Shown here: in pieces, positions 18,026-27,303 of the stretch
Position numbering within the stretch: position 1 is the stretch's first letter
How the letters are laid out: each line of letters opens with the position of its first letter
DNA from: an uncultured Planctomycetaceae bacterium
Lineage (GTDB): Bacteria > Planctomycetota > Planctomycetia > Planctomycetales > Planctomycetaceae
Reading direction: 5' to 3'
DNA: 64,000 nucleotides
Assembly (NCBI GenBank): GCA_963815195.1
Contig: CAWFGE010000023.1
Span: 288,001-352,000, forward strand
Notes under the pieces: model-generated
Seen by the model: only the letters and a program-made list of their open reading frames with translations
Told to the model about the DNA's origin: nothing
Database searches by the model: none
Made by a program: the position numbers and the translations under genes

Positions 18026-20926
18026 CTACGGCTCGGCCTGAGTGCGGGCGGGGAGTTTCGGGAGCCGGGCGAGGTTGGCTCCGACATCGGTGCCGTCGGT
18101 GGCCCCGTCCACGGCGCGGTTGTTGAGGGCCTCGCGATCGAGGGCCAGGTCGCCCGCCGTGATCTCGGAGAACTCCATGCCGACCCAATTGACTTTCCAG
18201 GCGAAGCCGCCGTCGAGGGCGGCCTCTTCTTTGGTACCCTTGGCGGCTTCGGCGTTTTTCCAGCCGTTGACCCATTGCTCGAAGTTCCAGGGGTCTCGGA
18301 AAGAGGCTTCCCAGAACACGTGGAACCCGTCGTAAAAATTCTTCCGGCCGTACCAGCGGAGCAGCGACCCGAAGGCTTCCGCTTCGCTGCTGCCGGTCAT
18401 GGAGACGAGCGGGTTGTTGTTGGTATTTGTGGCGATGAGATTGTCCTGGCTGTTGGTCACGTCGAGGGGCACGAGATCGCGGGGCGTGTCGCCCGAGTCC
18501 ATGCGGATCAGGCTGTTGCCCACGAGGCAGGTGGAGTGCTCCAAACGGAGTTCGACGTGGTCGCCTTCGGCGGGCATGTCCAGGCTGCCCTCGGCGACGA
18601 GCAGCGAACCTTCCACAGCAAACGCCGAGCCGTCCACGTCGATCTTCCCGGGCAAGGTGTGGCGGGCGAGGAACACGTTGCAAGCGCCGCGGATGAAGCT
18701 GTTTTGAATCTTGACGCGAAACTCGGTCCGCGCCGGTTCGCTGTCCTGATTCATCATCATTTTCATGTCTTTGGCCATTTGCGACGCCGGGGCCGGGAGC
18801 AATTCCACCACCGAGGCCAAGTGGTTGTCCGGCGCATTGACCGTCACGGTGACGTTTTGGAGCAGCATCCGCCCGCCGCCTTCCAGCGAGGCAATCGCCC
18901 AGGTTTGCGAGGCGTCCGCACCGGCTGGCGGGGCGAGTTGGAAATCCAGGTTGATGAGATCGACGGAGGCTTTGGAGAGTTGGAACAGCCGCGTGGTCAG
19001 CCCTTCCGCGGGCGTGCCGATGCCCGCAAAGTGCAACAGCGGCCGATGGCCTTCCCCCGCGCGAATCGTGAGGCTTTTGTTTTTGATGCGAATCGGCTTG
19101 TTGAGGACATCGGGCAAAAGACCGTCGTGGTGGATTTCCACGATTTGTCCGTCCTGGGCCGCCGTGCACGCGGCTTCCAGCGTGCGTTTTGTTTCGCCTT
19201 GGCTACTGTCGCTGTTGATGATCACATACGGCCGAGTTTCGACATTCTCCATCGGATCTACCGTCGGCGCGGAGCCGCTCGCGACTTGATCGGGCGGGGA
19301 AGCGGGCTTCGGTTCGGAATTGTGATTGACCAGGCCCGGCGTCTTGGCGGATGTCTGCGGCGGTTCGCTCGGGAAATCACTGTCCGGATCGTCGTCATCC
19401 CGCGGATCCAAAACCGATTTCATGTTGAAGGGCGGTTTCACCCCGTCGGCTGTGGCTTGGGATTCTCCCGGGCCCACCGTCATGGGCGAATCGCGGGTCG
19501 AATTTTTTTCCGGTTCCGTGGGCGAGGGGGTCTGGATGTCCGGCGGGACCGGGGCTTTGATGGAGGACGCTGCCGGCGGACTCGTGGAATTTGGATTCTC
19601 CGAGTCCCCCGCCGGCCAGTTTTCGAGAGGCGAAGAGGGCGAATTTTCCGCCGTCAGCTTCATTCGGCCCGGGCGGTTGGGGTCGTCCACAGATGCCAGC
19701 GAGGGACCGGTGCCCAAACTGGGGAACCGCCAGACCACAAACACGATCAAGAGCAGGACCGACAGACTGGCCACCCAGCCGAGATTGCGTTCCCAGAAGG
19801 TCACTTTGGGGGGCGCGATGTGCCGCCAGATCAGGCCGTCGGCGGGCAAGCCGCGGAGCCCCAACCGGCCCGCGACGGGCATCAAATCCCGCATCAACTG
19901 TTCGGGCGTGGCGTAGCGCTGCTTCGGGTCACTGGCCATCATTTTCTGGCAGATGGCGGACAAATCCGGGGGAACGTGGCGGTTTTTGAGGGCGGGGTCT
20001 GGGGCCTCTTTGCCTTGATGATCCAACAACTTCTGAAGCACCGTGCCTTCGGGATAAGGCGGCAGGCCGGTCAGTGCATGATACAGCGTGCAGCCCAGGG
20101 AATAGATGTCGCTGCGGACGTCGGCGGTGCGGGGGTCTTTGGCTTGCTCGGGCGAGATGTAGTCGAAGGTTCCGAGCGTCGTGCCTGCGAGCGTCAATTC
20201 GTTTGCGGATTCGGAATTCTGCTTGCGGGCCAGTCCCAAATCGACCAGCTTCGCCCGCGCGGCCGGGGTGATGATGATGTTCGAGGGCTTGATGTCCCGG
20301 TGCACGACGCCCGCCGCATAGGTGTGGTTCAAGGCCCCGGCGATTTGGATGGTGTAATTCACCGCGTCGGCCGGCGTCATCGGGCCGCCTTCGCGGATCA
20401 GATCCCGCAGATTGGTGCCAGTGATGTATTCGAACGCGATAAAATGCAGCCCGTGGTCTTCGCCGATGTAATACACGCGGGCGATGTTATCGTGATCCAA
20501 CCGGGCGGCGGCGCTGGCTTCGTTCTGAAAGCGTTTGACGGAGGATTCGTCCCGCGACTGCGCCGGCCCGAGGACTTTCAGGGCGACCTCGCGCTGCAGG
20601 CGGGTGTCCTCGGCGCGAAACACCGCCCCCATCCCGCCGATGCCGATGCGTTCTTTCAGCACGAAATGCCCCAGTTCGAACCCGGCGGGCGAGGGCAGGG
20701 GCTCGTCCAGGCTTTCATCCGAGCTGCCCAGGGACGCGGGAAACAAACGCTGCCAAACGCTCGATGTCGGCTGCGAAGCTGGGGGCGGCTCAGATTCCGA
20801 ACGCCGGCCTTCGGGATTGACGACCGTTTCCGGGCGATGGGAAAGCACCGGCAACGCGGGAAACGCGAACGCCCCCGAAGAAGACCCGCTTCCGGGGAAG
20901 GGCTGGCCGGTATGGGAGGAGGTCAT
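18026..20926 (-). CDS. Membrane-anchored Hanks-type Ser/Thr protein kinase
   Basis: GIGGMGAV, VALK, HRDIKPSN, DLG, GTFDYISPE and SDIYSLG; then a TM helix, a Pro-rich linker and a beta-rich extracytoplasmic domain. Confidence 0.95.
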   Translation of the reverse strand: MTSSHTGQPFPGSGSSSGAFAFPALPVLSHRPETVVNPEGRRSESEPPPASQPTSSVWQRLFPASLGSSDESLDEPLPSPAGFELGHFVLKERIGIGGMGAVFRAEDTRLQREVALKVLGPAQSRDESSVKRFQNEASAAARLDHDNIARVYYIGEDHGLHFIAFEYITGTNLRDLIREGGPMTPADAVNYTIQIAGALNHTYAAGVVHRDIKPSNIIITPAARAKLVDLGLARKQNSESANELTLAGTTLGTFDYISPEQAKDPRTADVRSDIYSLGCTLYHALTGLPPYPEGTVLQKLLDHQGKEAPDPALKNRHVPPDLSAICQKMMASDPKQRYATPEQLMRDLMPVAGRLGLRGLPADGLIWRHIAPPKVTFWERNLGWVASLSVLLLIVFVVWRFPSLGTGPSLASVDDPNRPGRMKLTAENSPSSPLENWPAGDSENPNSTSPPAASSIKAPVPPDIQTPSPTEPEKNSTRDSPMTVGPGESQATADGVKPPFNMKSVLDPRDDDDPDSDFPSEPPQTSAKTPGLVNHNSEPKPASPPDQVASGSAPTVDPMENVETRPYVIINSDSSQGETKRTLEAACTAAQDGQIVEIHHDGLLPDVLNKPIRIKNKSLTIRAGEGHRPLLHFAGIGTPAEGLTTRLFQLSKASVDLINLDFQLAPPAGADASQTWAIASLEGGGRMLLQNVTVTVNAPDNHLASVVELLPAPASQMAKDMKMMMNQDSEPARTEFRVKIQNSFIRGACNVFLARHTLPGKIDVDGSAFAVEGSLLVAEGSLDMPAEGDHVELRLEHSTCLVGNSLIRMDSGDTPRDLVPLDVTNSQDNLIATNTNNNPLVSMTGSSEAEAFGSLLRWYGRKNFYDGFHVFWEASFRDPWNFEQWVNGWKNAEAAKGTKEEAALDGGFAWKVNWVGMEFSEITAGDLALDREALNNRAVDGATDGTDVGANLARLPKLPARTQAEP

Positions 20927-21349
20927 AATTTCCCGGACTTTCCAGTGAAATTCGCTCGGTAAGATGTGTTTATTATATAACTTGGGGAAGCAGGGTCAAA
21001 GAACACTTCCTTGATTCCGCGAAACCCAAAATCGGCATCGACCGAGGGAAAATTCAGCAAAAAAATCCCGCGACGCGCGGCGGCGCCATCAACGAAACGC
21101 TTTTGGAAAAATGCCGGCACGCTCAAAGAGGGGAAAAATCGCGTACCCGGGGAATTGTCGCCGTTTTTTATGTTGAATCAACCTGCAATACTTCGTTTTA
21201 CGAAAGAAATCGGCCCGGCGTGGGAAGAAAACCGATCGCCGGAAGATTTTCCGATGAAAAACGCAAAACCCTTTTTGACAAGCAGTTGCGGAAGGGATTC
21301 CTCCAGGTTACCATAAATGCATCGCAGAAACCTGTTTGGAAATGGGAAT

Positions 21350-21673
21350 TCACTTGATTCCCATCAGAATCTGATCGATCTCCTGATCGATGGATTCCAA
21401 ATACGCCCGGACCGCCTGGAACAATTCATCGCTATAGTTTTCACTTTCCAGCACCCGGGCGACTTCATTTCGGACCGTTATGTCTTCTATCCCCGCTTCG
21501 GGGTCCAATTCGTAATCTTTCGAGGAATTTGATTTGGGCCGGACCAATCGGCCTAATTGTTTGGTGCGCGGCAAGAGATTTCGTTCCACATGTTCGGTCA
21601 GCTCGCGAGCGACAAGGCTCGCTTCCTTGAATTTGTCCCGCAGCGTCAAATCGTCAAGGTCGGCTCGAGGCAT
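21350..21673 (-). CDS. Hypothetical helical protein
   Basis: 107-aa ORF with protein-like composition and no recognised motif. Confidence 0.6.
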   Translation of the reverse strand: MPRADLDDLTLRDKFKEASLVARELTEHVERNLLPRTKQLGRLVRPKSNSSKDYELDPEAGIEDITVRNEVARVLESENYSDELFQAVRAYLESIDQEIDQILMGIK

Positions 21674-21907
21674 GGGAATCGTTTGGTAGATGGGAAATGG
21701 GATGAAGGTTTTGGGAAAATTCTATCAACCCGGAACTTCCTGGAAGCCGGAAAATTGAAAATTCCGTCCGCTTACTCCATAGTTGGCACGAATGTTCCGC
21801 TCGTTACGGAGTTTTCCGGACTTTTTGAAACGTCAAACTCCAACCCACAGACGCAGCCGGCGGGGAATTCGTTCCACGGTTTTTAGACTCAAGCTGAAGG
21901 ACTCCGG

Positions 21908-22657
21908 ATGAAGATCCTGATCTTGGCGGACATCCATGCGAACTGGGAAGCGCTCCAAGCCCTGACTTTTCAGGAGCCGGTGTGGGATGCCTGCCTTGTG
22001 ATCGGCGACATCGTGGACTACGGGGTGAATCCCGCCCCGTGCGTGGACTGGGTCCGCGACCATGCCACCGCCTGGGTCCGCGGAAATCACGACCATGCCG
22101 TCGCCCAGCGCGTGCCCGCCAAGGGGGGCACCGGCTTTCGGGCGCTCGCCGCCGCGACCCGGCCGCTGCATTGGGAGCGACTCAACGATGTCCAAATGGG
22201 CTTTCTGGCCCGCATGCCTGTCACCCGCTATGTGAGCCTGGGCGATTTGACCTTTTTCCTCGTGCACGGCACGCCGCACGATCCTTTGGACGAATACCTC
22301 ACCGACAATCCCCAACTTTGGCAAAAACGCCTGGAGAATATCGAAGCCGACTTCGTGTGCGTCGGCCATACCCATTTGCCGTTCCATCTCGATCTGGGCG
22401 GGATTCAGGTGCTCAACCCCGGCAGCATCGGCCAACCCCGCGACGGGGACTGGCGCGGAAGTTACGCCGTCGTCGAAGACGGGCACGTGCGGTTTCACCG
22501 GTTTGAATACAACGTGGAAGCCACGCTACAGGAAATCCGCGACAGCGGCATCACCGGCGAAGCCCTGCAAACCGCCGAGCTGGCGCTCCGGCAAGGCGGC
22601 AAAACCATCAGCGCGCAAACCGCCTGGAACCCCGTCCTCGCCGAACGCTCGCTGTGA
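21908..22657 (+). CDS. Calcineurin-like metallophosphoesterase
   Basis: DIHAN, GDIVDYG, GNHD, GHTH and NPGSIGQPRDGD. Confidence 0.93.
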   Translation: MKILILADIHANWEALQALTFQEPVWDACLVIGDIVDYGVNPAPCVDWVRDHATAWVRGNHDHAVAQRVPAKGGTGFRALAAATRPLHWERLNDVQMGFLARMPVTRYVSLGDLTFFLVHGTPHDPLDEYLTDNPQLWQKRLENIEADFVCVGHTHLPFHLDLGGIQVLNPGSIGQPRDGDWRGSYAVVEDGHVRFHRFEYNVEATLQEIRDSGITGEALQTAELALRQGGKTISAQTAWNPVLAERSL

Positions 22658-22882
22658 TTGACGTTCGAATAAAATCCCCGAGCCGGGTGGCGATGTTGCC
22701 CAAGTCGGGAATCTTCACCGATTTCGTGCACTCGCGAACTCAATTTCGCGAGGGAAAAATCGGGCGGTTTGGCGGCTGAACGTCGCGGCCGAGCCGGCGA
22801 GCGGCTAGAATCGCGTGTTTGTGACTTTGTCCGATCGACCGACTTGCCACGCCGCGCATCCCTTGAGAAAAACCGAAGACCA

Positions 22883-25084
22883 ATGAAACAAAACTTCTTT
22901 CTGTTGATCTGGTTGGCTTTGCCGCTCGCATCGTCCTTTGCGGAGGAGCGGCCCAACATTGTTTTCTTTTTCGCCGACGATCAAACCACGAGCACGCTGG
23001 GGTGTTATGGCAATTCTGTGGTGAAGACGCCCAACATCGATGCGCTGGCCCAGCGGGGGACGCGGTTCAAGAACGCCTTCGTCAGCCATTCCATCTGCTG
23101 GGTCAGCCGGACCACGATTCTCACCGGGCTGACGGGGCGAAGCTACGGCACACCCGACAACCCGGAACAGACCCGGCCGGACGCGGCGAAAACACTTTTC
23201 TCCGACATCCTGCACGCGAGCGGTTACCGCACGGGCTTTTTTGGAAAATGGCACGCCAAGATGCCCCAAGGCTATCGGCCAGCGGACCATTTCGACCGGT
23301 TTGAAGCGATCTCCCGCAACCCGTATTACAAGAAGCAGGCCGACGGCAGCCTCCGGCACGAAACGGAATTGATCGTGGACCGGGGCATCGACTTCATCCA
23401 GTCGCAGCCCAAAGGCCAGCCGTTCGCTTTGAATCTGTGGTTCAACGCCTGTCATGCCGAGGATGGCGACCGCCGGCCGGGCATCGGACATTTCCCCTGG
23501 CCGCGGGCGGTGGATGGAATGTACGAAGATGTCGAGATCGCACCGCCCCGGCTCGGCGATCCGAAAATCTTTGACGCGTTGCCGGACTTTCTCCAGACCA
23601 CGATCAACCGCGAACGCTATTTCTGGCGGTGGAACACGCCGCAGAAATACCAGACCAACATCCGGGCCTATTACCGGATGGTCAGCGGCATCGACGGGGC
23701 GATCGGCCGCTTCTTGAAGGCCCTCAAAGAGGCGGGGCTGGCGGAGAACACGATCATCGTGTACTCGGCCGACAACGGCTATTACATGGGCAATCGCGGC
23801 CTGGCGGGGAAGTGGTCGCATTATGAGGAATCGCTCCGCGTGCCCTTGATCATCGTCGATCCCCGCGTTCCCGCCGGCGGGCAGGGAAAAGTGACGGACG
23901 CGATCGCGCTCAATCTCGATTTGCCGGCCACGTTTCTGGATGTGGCGGGCATCGAGATTCCCGCGCGTTATCAGGGCCGAAGCTTAAAGCCTCTTGTCAC
24001 CGCGGGAACTCCGGACGACTGGCGAACCGAATCTTTCCACGAACACTTCGCCGTGCGAAATCGCATTCCCGCTTTTGAAGGTTTGCGGAACGAGGATTTC
24101 AAATATGTCCGCTATTTCGATCACGGCCACCATGAGTTTCTGCACGATTTGAAGAACGATCCCGACGAGTTGGTCAACCTGGCCCCGGATCCGAAACACG
24201 CGAAAACTTTAGAGGCCATGCGGAAACGCACGACGGAGCGCGTTAACGAACTTGGCGGAGAGCTCGATCCGCTTCGCGGCCCGTTCCGGGCGTCAACAGT
24301 GCCCCATCCCCATGCCTCCGCCACGGTCGGCGCGAGGCCCGATCTCCAAGGCTTCGTCAAAATCTTCGATGGCAAGACGCTCCGGGATTGGGCCGGCGAT
24401 CGAGAGTATTGGTCGGTCCAGGACGGGGCGCTGACCGGCAAGACGGATGGCTCCTTGAAAATGAACCGCTTTCTCACCTGGAAAGATGCCACCATCCGCA
24501 ACTTCGATTTGCAGGTCAAAGTCAAAGTCAGTCCGGGCGGCAACAGCGGCCTTCAGTACCGAGGCACATCGCGGCCCGATCTGGGCCTGGATGTCGTCAC
24601 CGGCTACCAATGCGACGTGGTCGCGAACAATCCGGACTACAACGGAATGCTTTACGAAGAAAAAGGCCGCCGGATTCTCTCGCACACTGGCGAACGCGTC
24701 ATCATTGACGCCGACGGTCAGCCGTGGATCGTGCAGAAATTGCCCCTCACGAATTTTGCCCCCGGCGAGTGGCACGACTACCGCGTTCTCGCCCGAGGCA
24801 ATCACTACCAACATTGGATCGACGGGAAGATGACGACCGATGTGATCGATCTTGATGAAAAGCACCGTACCCTGGAGGGAGTTCTCGCCGTGCAAGTCCA
24901 TGTGGGTCCAGCGATGACCATCCAATACCAGGATTTCAAAATCAAGCACCTTTCCGACGAATTGCCGCTGGAAAAAGCGGAAGACCATCCCATCCCTGAG
25001 GATGCCCAGGGCGTTCGCCCCCAAGGCCGGCTTCCCAAAGACTGGAAGCCTCCCATCTACGGCCGGCGAAAGGCGGCAAAGTAG
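22883..25084 (+). CDS. Secreted sulfatase fused to a DUF1080 (3-keto-disaccharide hydrolase-like) domain
   Basis: Signal peptide; PNIVFFFADD, CWVSRTTILTG, GKWH and SADNG; C-terminal IFDGKTL...NSGLQYR...GYQCD...QVH. Confidence 0.88.
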   Translation: MKQNFFLLIWLALPLASSFAEERPNIVFFFADDQTTSTLGCYGNSVVKTPNIDALAQRGTRFKNAFVSHSICWVSRTTILTGLTGRSYGTPDNPEQTRPDAAKTLFSDILHASGYRTGFFGKWHAKMPQGYRPADHFDRFEAISRNPYYKKQADGSLRHETELIVDRGIDFIQSQPKGQPFALNLWFNACHAEDGDRRPGIGHFPWPRAVDGMYEDVEIAPPRLGDPKIFDALPDFLQTTINRERYFWRWNTPQKYQTNIRAYYRMVSGIDGAIGRFLKALKEAGLAENTIIVYSADNGYYMGNRGLAGKWSHYEESLRVPLIIVDPRVPAGGQGKVTDAIALNLDLPATFLDVAGIEIPARYQGRSLKPLVTAGTPDDWRTESFHEHFAVRNRIPAFEGLRNEDFKYVRYFDHGHHEFLHDLKNDPDELVNLAPDPKHAKTLEAMRKRTTERVNELGGELDPLRGPFRASTVPHPHASATVGARPDLQGFVKIFDGKTLRDWAGDREYWSVQDGALTGKTDGSLKMNRFLTWKDATIRNFDLQVKVKVSPGGNSGLQYRGTSRPDLGLDVVTGYQCDVVANNPDYNGMLYEEKGRRILSHTGERVIIDADGQPWIVQKLPLTNFAPGEWHDYRVLARGNHYQHWIDGKMTTDVIDLDEKHRTLEGVLAVQVHVGPAMTIQYQDFKIKHLSDELPLEKAEDHPIPEDAQGVRPQGRLPKDWKPPIYGRRKAAK

Positions 25085-25245
25085 CGGAAGAACCTTAAAG
25101 CAACAGTTATCATGCCCTTCGGAATCCGTTCGGTCCATTTTGTTTTTCATGTTTGGGACCGCCGGTTTTGAGGAGTCCAATCGGCGTTGTGGGGAATCCG
25201 GGGAACCTCCCAGCTTTGGAGACGGCCGTCAAAGGAAATCGCTCC

Positions 25246-27258
25246 ATGACGCTTGATGACATTTTGGATCAATTGAACCGGCCGGACGTGAAGGCGGAGC
25301 AGTTGTTGGATCAGTGCCGATCCCCCGATCTGAGCCTGTGGGAAAAGCATCCCGAGCTGTACCTGCGGTTCGTCAAACGTTTGATCGAACAAGGCCACCC
25401 CAGCCGGGCGTTGGACTTGGCCCGCGAAGGCGAGCAGCACCTCAAAGGGAATGTTCGCTTGCAGTACCAGTTGGCACTGGCCGCGGCCCGGGGCGGCAAT
25501 CCGGGATATGCCGAGGTCCTGCTCGCACCGCTCCTGGAGAAGGCCGTGAACCCGTCCGAGGAACAACCCGAGGATTGGGATGCGTCGCTCCGCGTGGATG
25601 TGATCGCGCTCAAGGGGCGGATCCTGAAAGACCGCTCGGACCGCGAACCGGAACTCGCGGCGGAATCGGCCGCATGGTACGAGCGGGCGGCCCGCGTGCC
25701 CGGGGCGGATGATCTTCCCGATGCGGGCACCTTTCCGCTGATCAACGCCGCGACCATGTGGCGGCTGGCGGGAGACGAGGAAAAATCGCGGAGCATCGCC
25801 GAAGACGTCGTGCGGCGAATCGGTCCGGTCGCGGAAAAAGCCGCCGTCGCCGGCGATCTTTGGCCCGCCGCCACGTTGGGCGAGGCCCTGTTGCTTTTGG
25901 GGGAATACAAGGAGTCGGCGACGTGGTATCTTCGCGCTGTGGAGGTCGCGAACTCGCGGGGCGATTTGGGGAGTCTGGTGGCGATCCGCAACAACCTCCG
26001 CCGCCTGCAAAAGGCCGGAGCCACCGCCGACCCCAACTTCCTCGACGAGCACATCGGCACGGTCGTGGTCTTCAGCGGCCACATGATCGATTCGCCCGAC
26101 CGTTTGGAACGGAACCGTCCGGCGCGGTTTCCCAACCACGAGCCCCTGGTCGAAGCCGCCGCCGGGGCCATTCGGGATCAACTCGAACAGCTGAACGCCA
26201 AAGTCGGCTACTGCTCGCTGGCGTCGGGCGGGGACATCTTGTTCGCCGAAGCGATGCTCGACCGGGACGCGGAACTGCACGTCGTCCTCCCGTTCGCGCA
26301 GCCGGATTTCTTGCGGATGAGCGTCGATTTCGGTCAGCACGACGCCAAATGGCGGCGGTGGCGGATGCGGTTCGACCGGATCATGGAACGATTGGAAAAA
26401 ATCTCGAAGACCCGCGTGCGGTACGCGACCTCGGAATCCTATCTTGGGAGCAACGAGCTTTTCGGGTTCACCAATTCAATCCTGCAAGGGCTGGCCGTGC
26501 TGCGCGGCCGATCCCGCACCACGGTGCCGACGGCCCTCGTGCTGATCGACGAATCGGACCCCGGCGAGACGGGCGGCTCGGCGGTATTTCTGAACGACTG
26601 GACCGCCGCCGGATACCCGAGCTGCAAGATCGATCTGGCCGCCCTGCGCCGGGATCATCCCGTCCCCAATTTGCCCCTCGAACAGAGCGCGGCCCCGCCC
26701 GTGACGGGCAAATTAAATCGCCCCGTAAAAGCCATGCTCTTCGCGGATGTCGCCAACTTCAGCAAAATCAAAGAGTGGCAACTCTCGGAGTTCCTCACAT
26801 CATATAGCGACTATCTCCGCGGACTGTTCGCCTCGCCCGCGGGAAAAAAGGCCGTCTACGCGAACACGTGGGGCGACGGGCTTTATGTGGTTTTTGACAA
26901 AGTCGCCGATGCCGCGGACTTTGCCAGCGAATTGGTGGAGCCGACCGTCACCACGCCGCCACAATGGGCGTTGTTCGGCCTGGGATCATTGACGCCGTTC
27001 CGCATCGGCCTGCACGCGGGGCCGGTGTTCGAGCTGACGAATATGTTTCAGGGGCGTTCGGAATACGCCGGCCAACACGTGAACCGCGCCGCCCGCATCG
27101 AACCGGTCACGCTCCGCGGCTGCGCCTATGCCAGCGAACCCTTCGCGGCTTTGCTGATGATGGAAGCCGGCCACCGTTTCGTGATCGAATCCGTCGGCGT
27201 CCATTCGCTCGCCAAAGACTACGACCGCTGCCCGCTCTATCGCCTGCAAAGAGTGTGA
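25246..27258 (+). CDS. TPR-repeat + SLOG-like + class III nucleotide cyclase protein
   Basis: Helical GRILKD and WPAATLGEA region; FSGHMID...LASGGDILFAE...LHVVLPF; MLFADV, WGDG, RIGLHAGPV and VNRAARIE. Confidence 0.82.
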   Translation: MTLDDILDQLNRPDVKAEQLLDQCRSPDLSLWEKHPELYLRFVKRLIEQGHPSRALDLAREGEQHLKGNVRLQYQLALAAARGGNPGYAEVLLAPLLEKAVNPSEEQPEDWDASLRVDVIALKGRILKDRSDREPELAAESAAWYERAARVPGADDLPDAGTFPLINAATMWRLAGDEEKSRSIAEDVVRRIGPVAEKAAVAGDLWPAATLGEALLLLGEYKESATWYLRAVEVANSRGDLGSLVAIRNNLRRLQKAGATADPNFLDEHIGTVVVFSGHMIDSPDRLERNRPARFPNHEPLVEAAAGAIRDQLEQLNAKVGYCSLASGGDILFAEAMLDRDAELHVVLPFAQPDFLRMSVDFGQHDAKWRRWRMRFDRIMERLEKISKTRVRYATSESYLGSNELFGFTNSILQGLAVLRGRSRTTVPTALVLIDESDPGETGGSAVFLNDWTAAGYPSCKIDLAALRRDHPVPNLPLEQSAAPPVTGKLNRPVKAMLFADVANFSKIKEWQLSEFLTSYSDYLRGLFASPAGKKAVYANTWGDGLYVVFDKVADAADFASELVEPTVTTPPQWALFGLGSLTPFRIGLHAGPVFELTNMFQGRSEYAGQHVNRAARIEPVTLRGCAYASEPFAALLMMEAGHRFVIESVGVHSLAKDYDRCPLYRLQRV

Positions 27259-27303
27259 GAAGGTCAACGCCGTTTGCGGATGTTCAAGGAGCTCTCCCGG
27301 AGC

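Noticed and set aside
17927..20962. 1011-aa plus-strand ORF and similar long ORFs (2625-3866, 42301-44106, 57032-58558, 60636-62588)
   Set aside because: They are antisense shadows of well-supported genes in GC-rich DNA and have no recognisable motifs.
25246..27258. Calling the cyclase a Pycsar system
   Set aside because: No adjacent cyclic-nucleotide-binding TIR or transmembrane effector is present, and the domain architecture differs.
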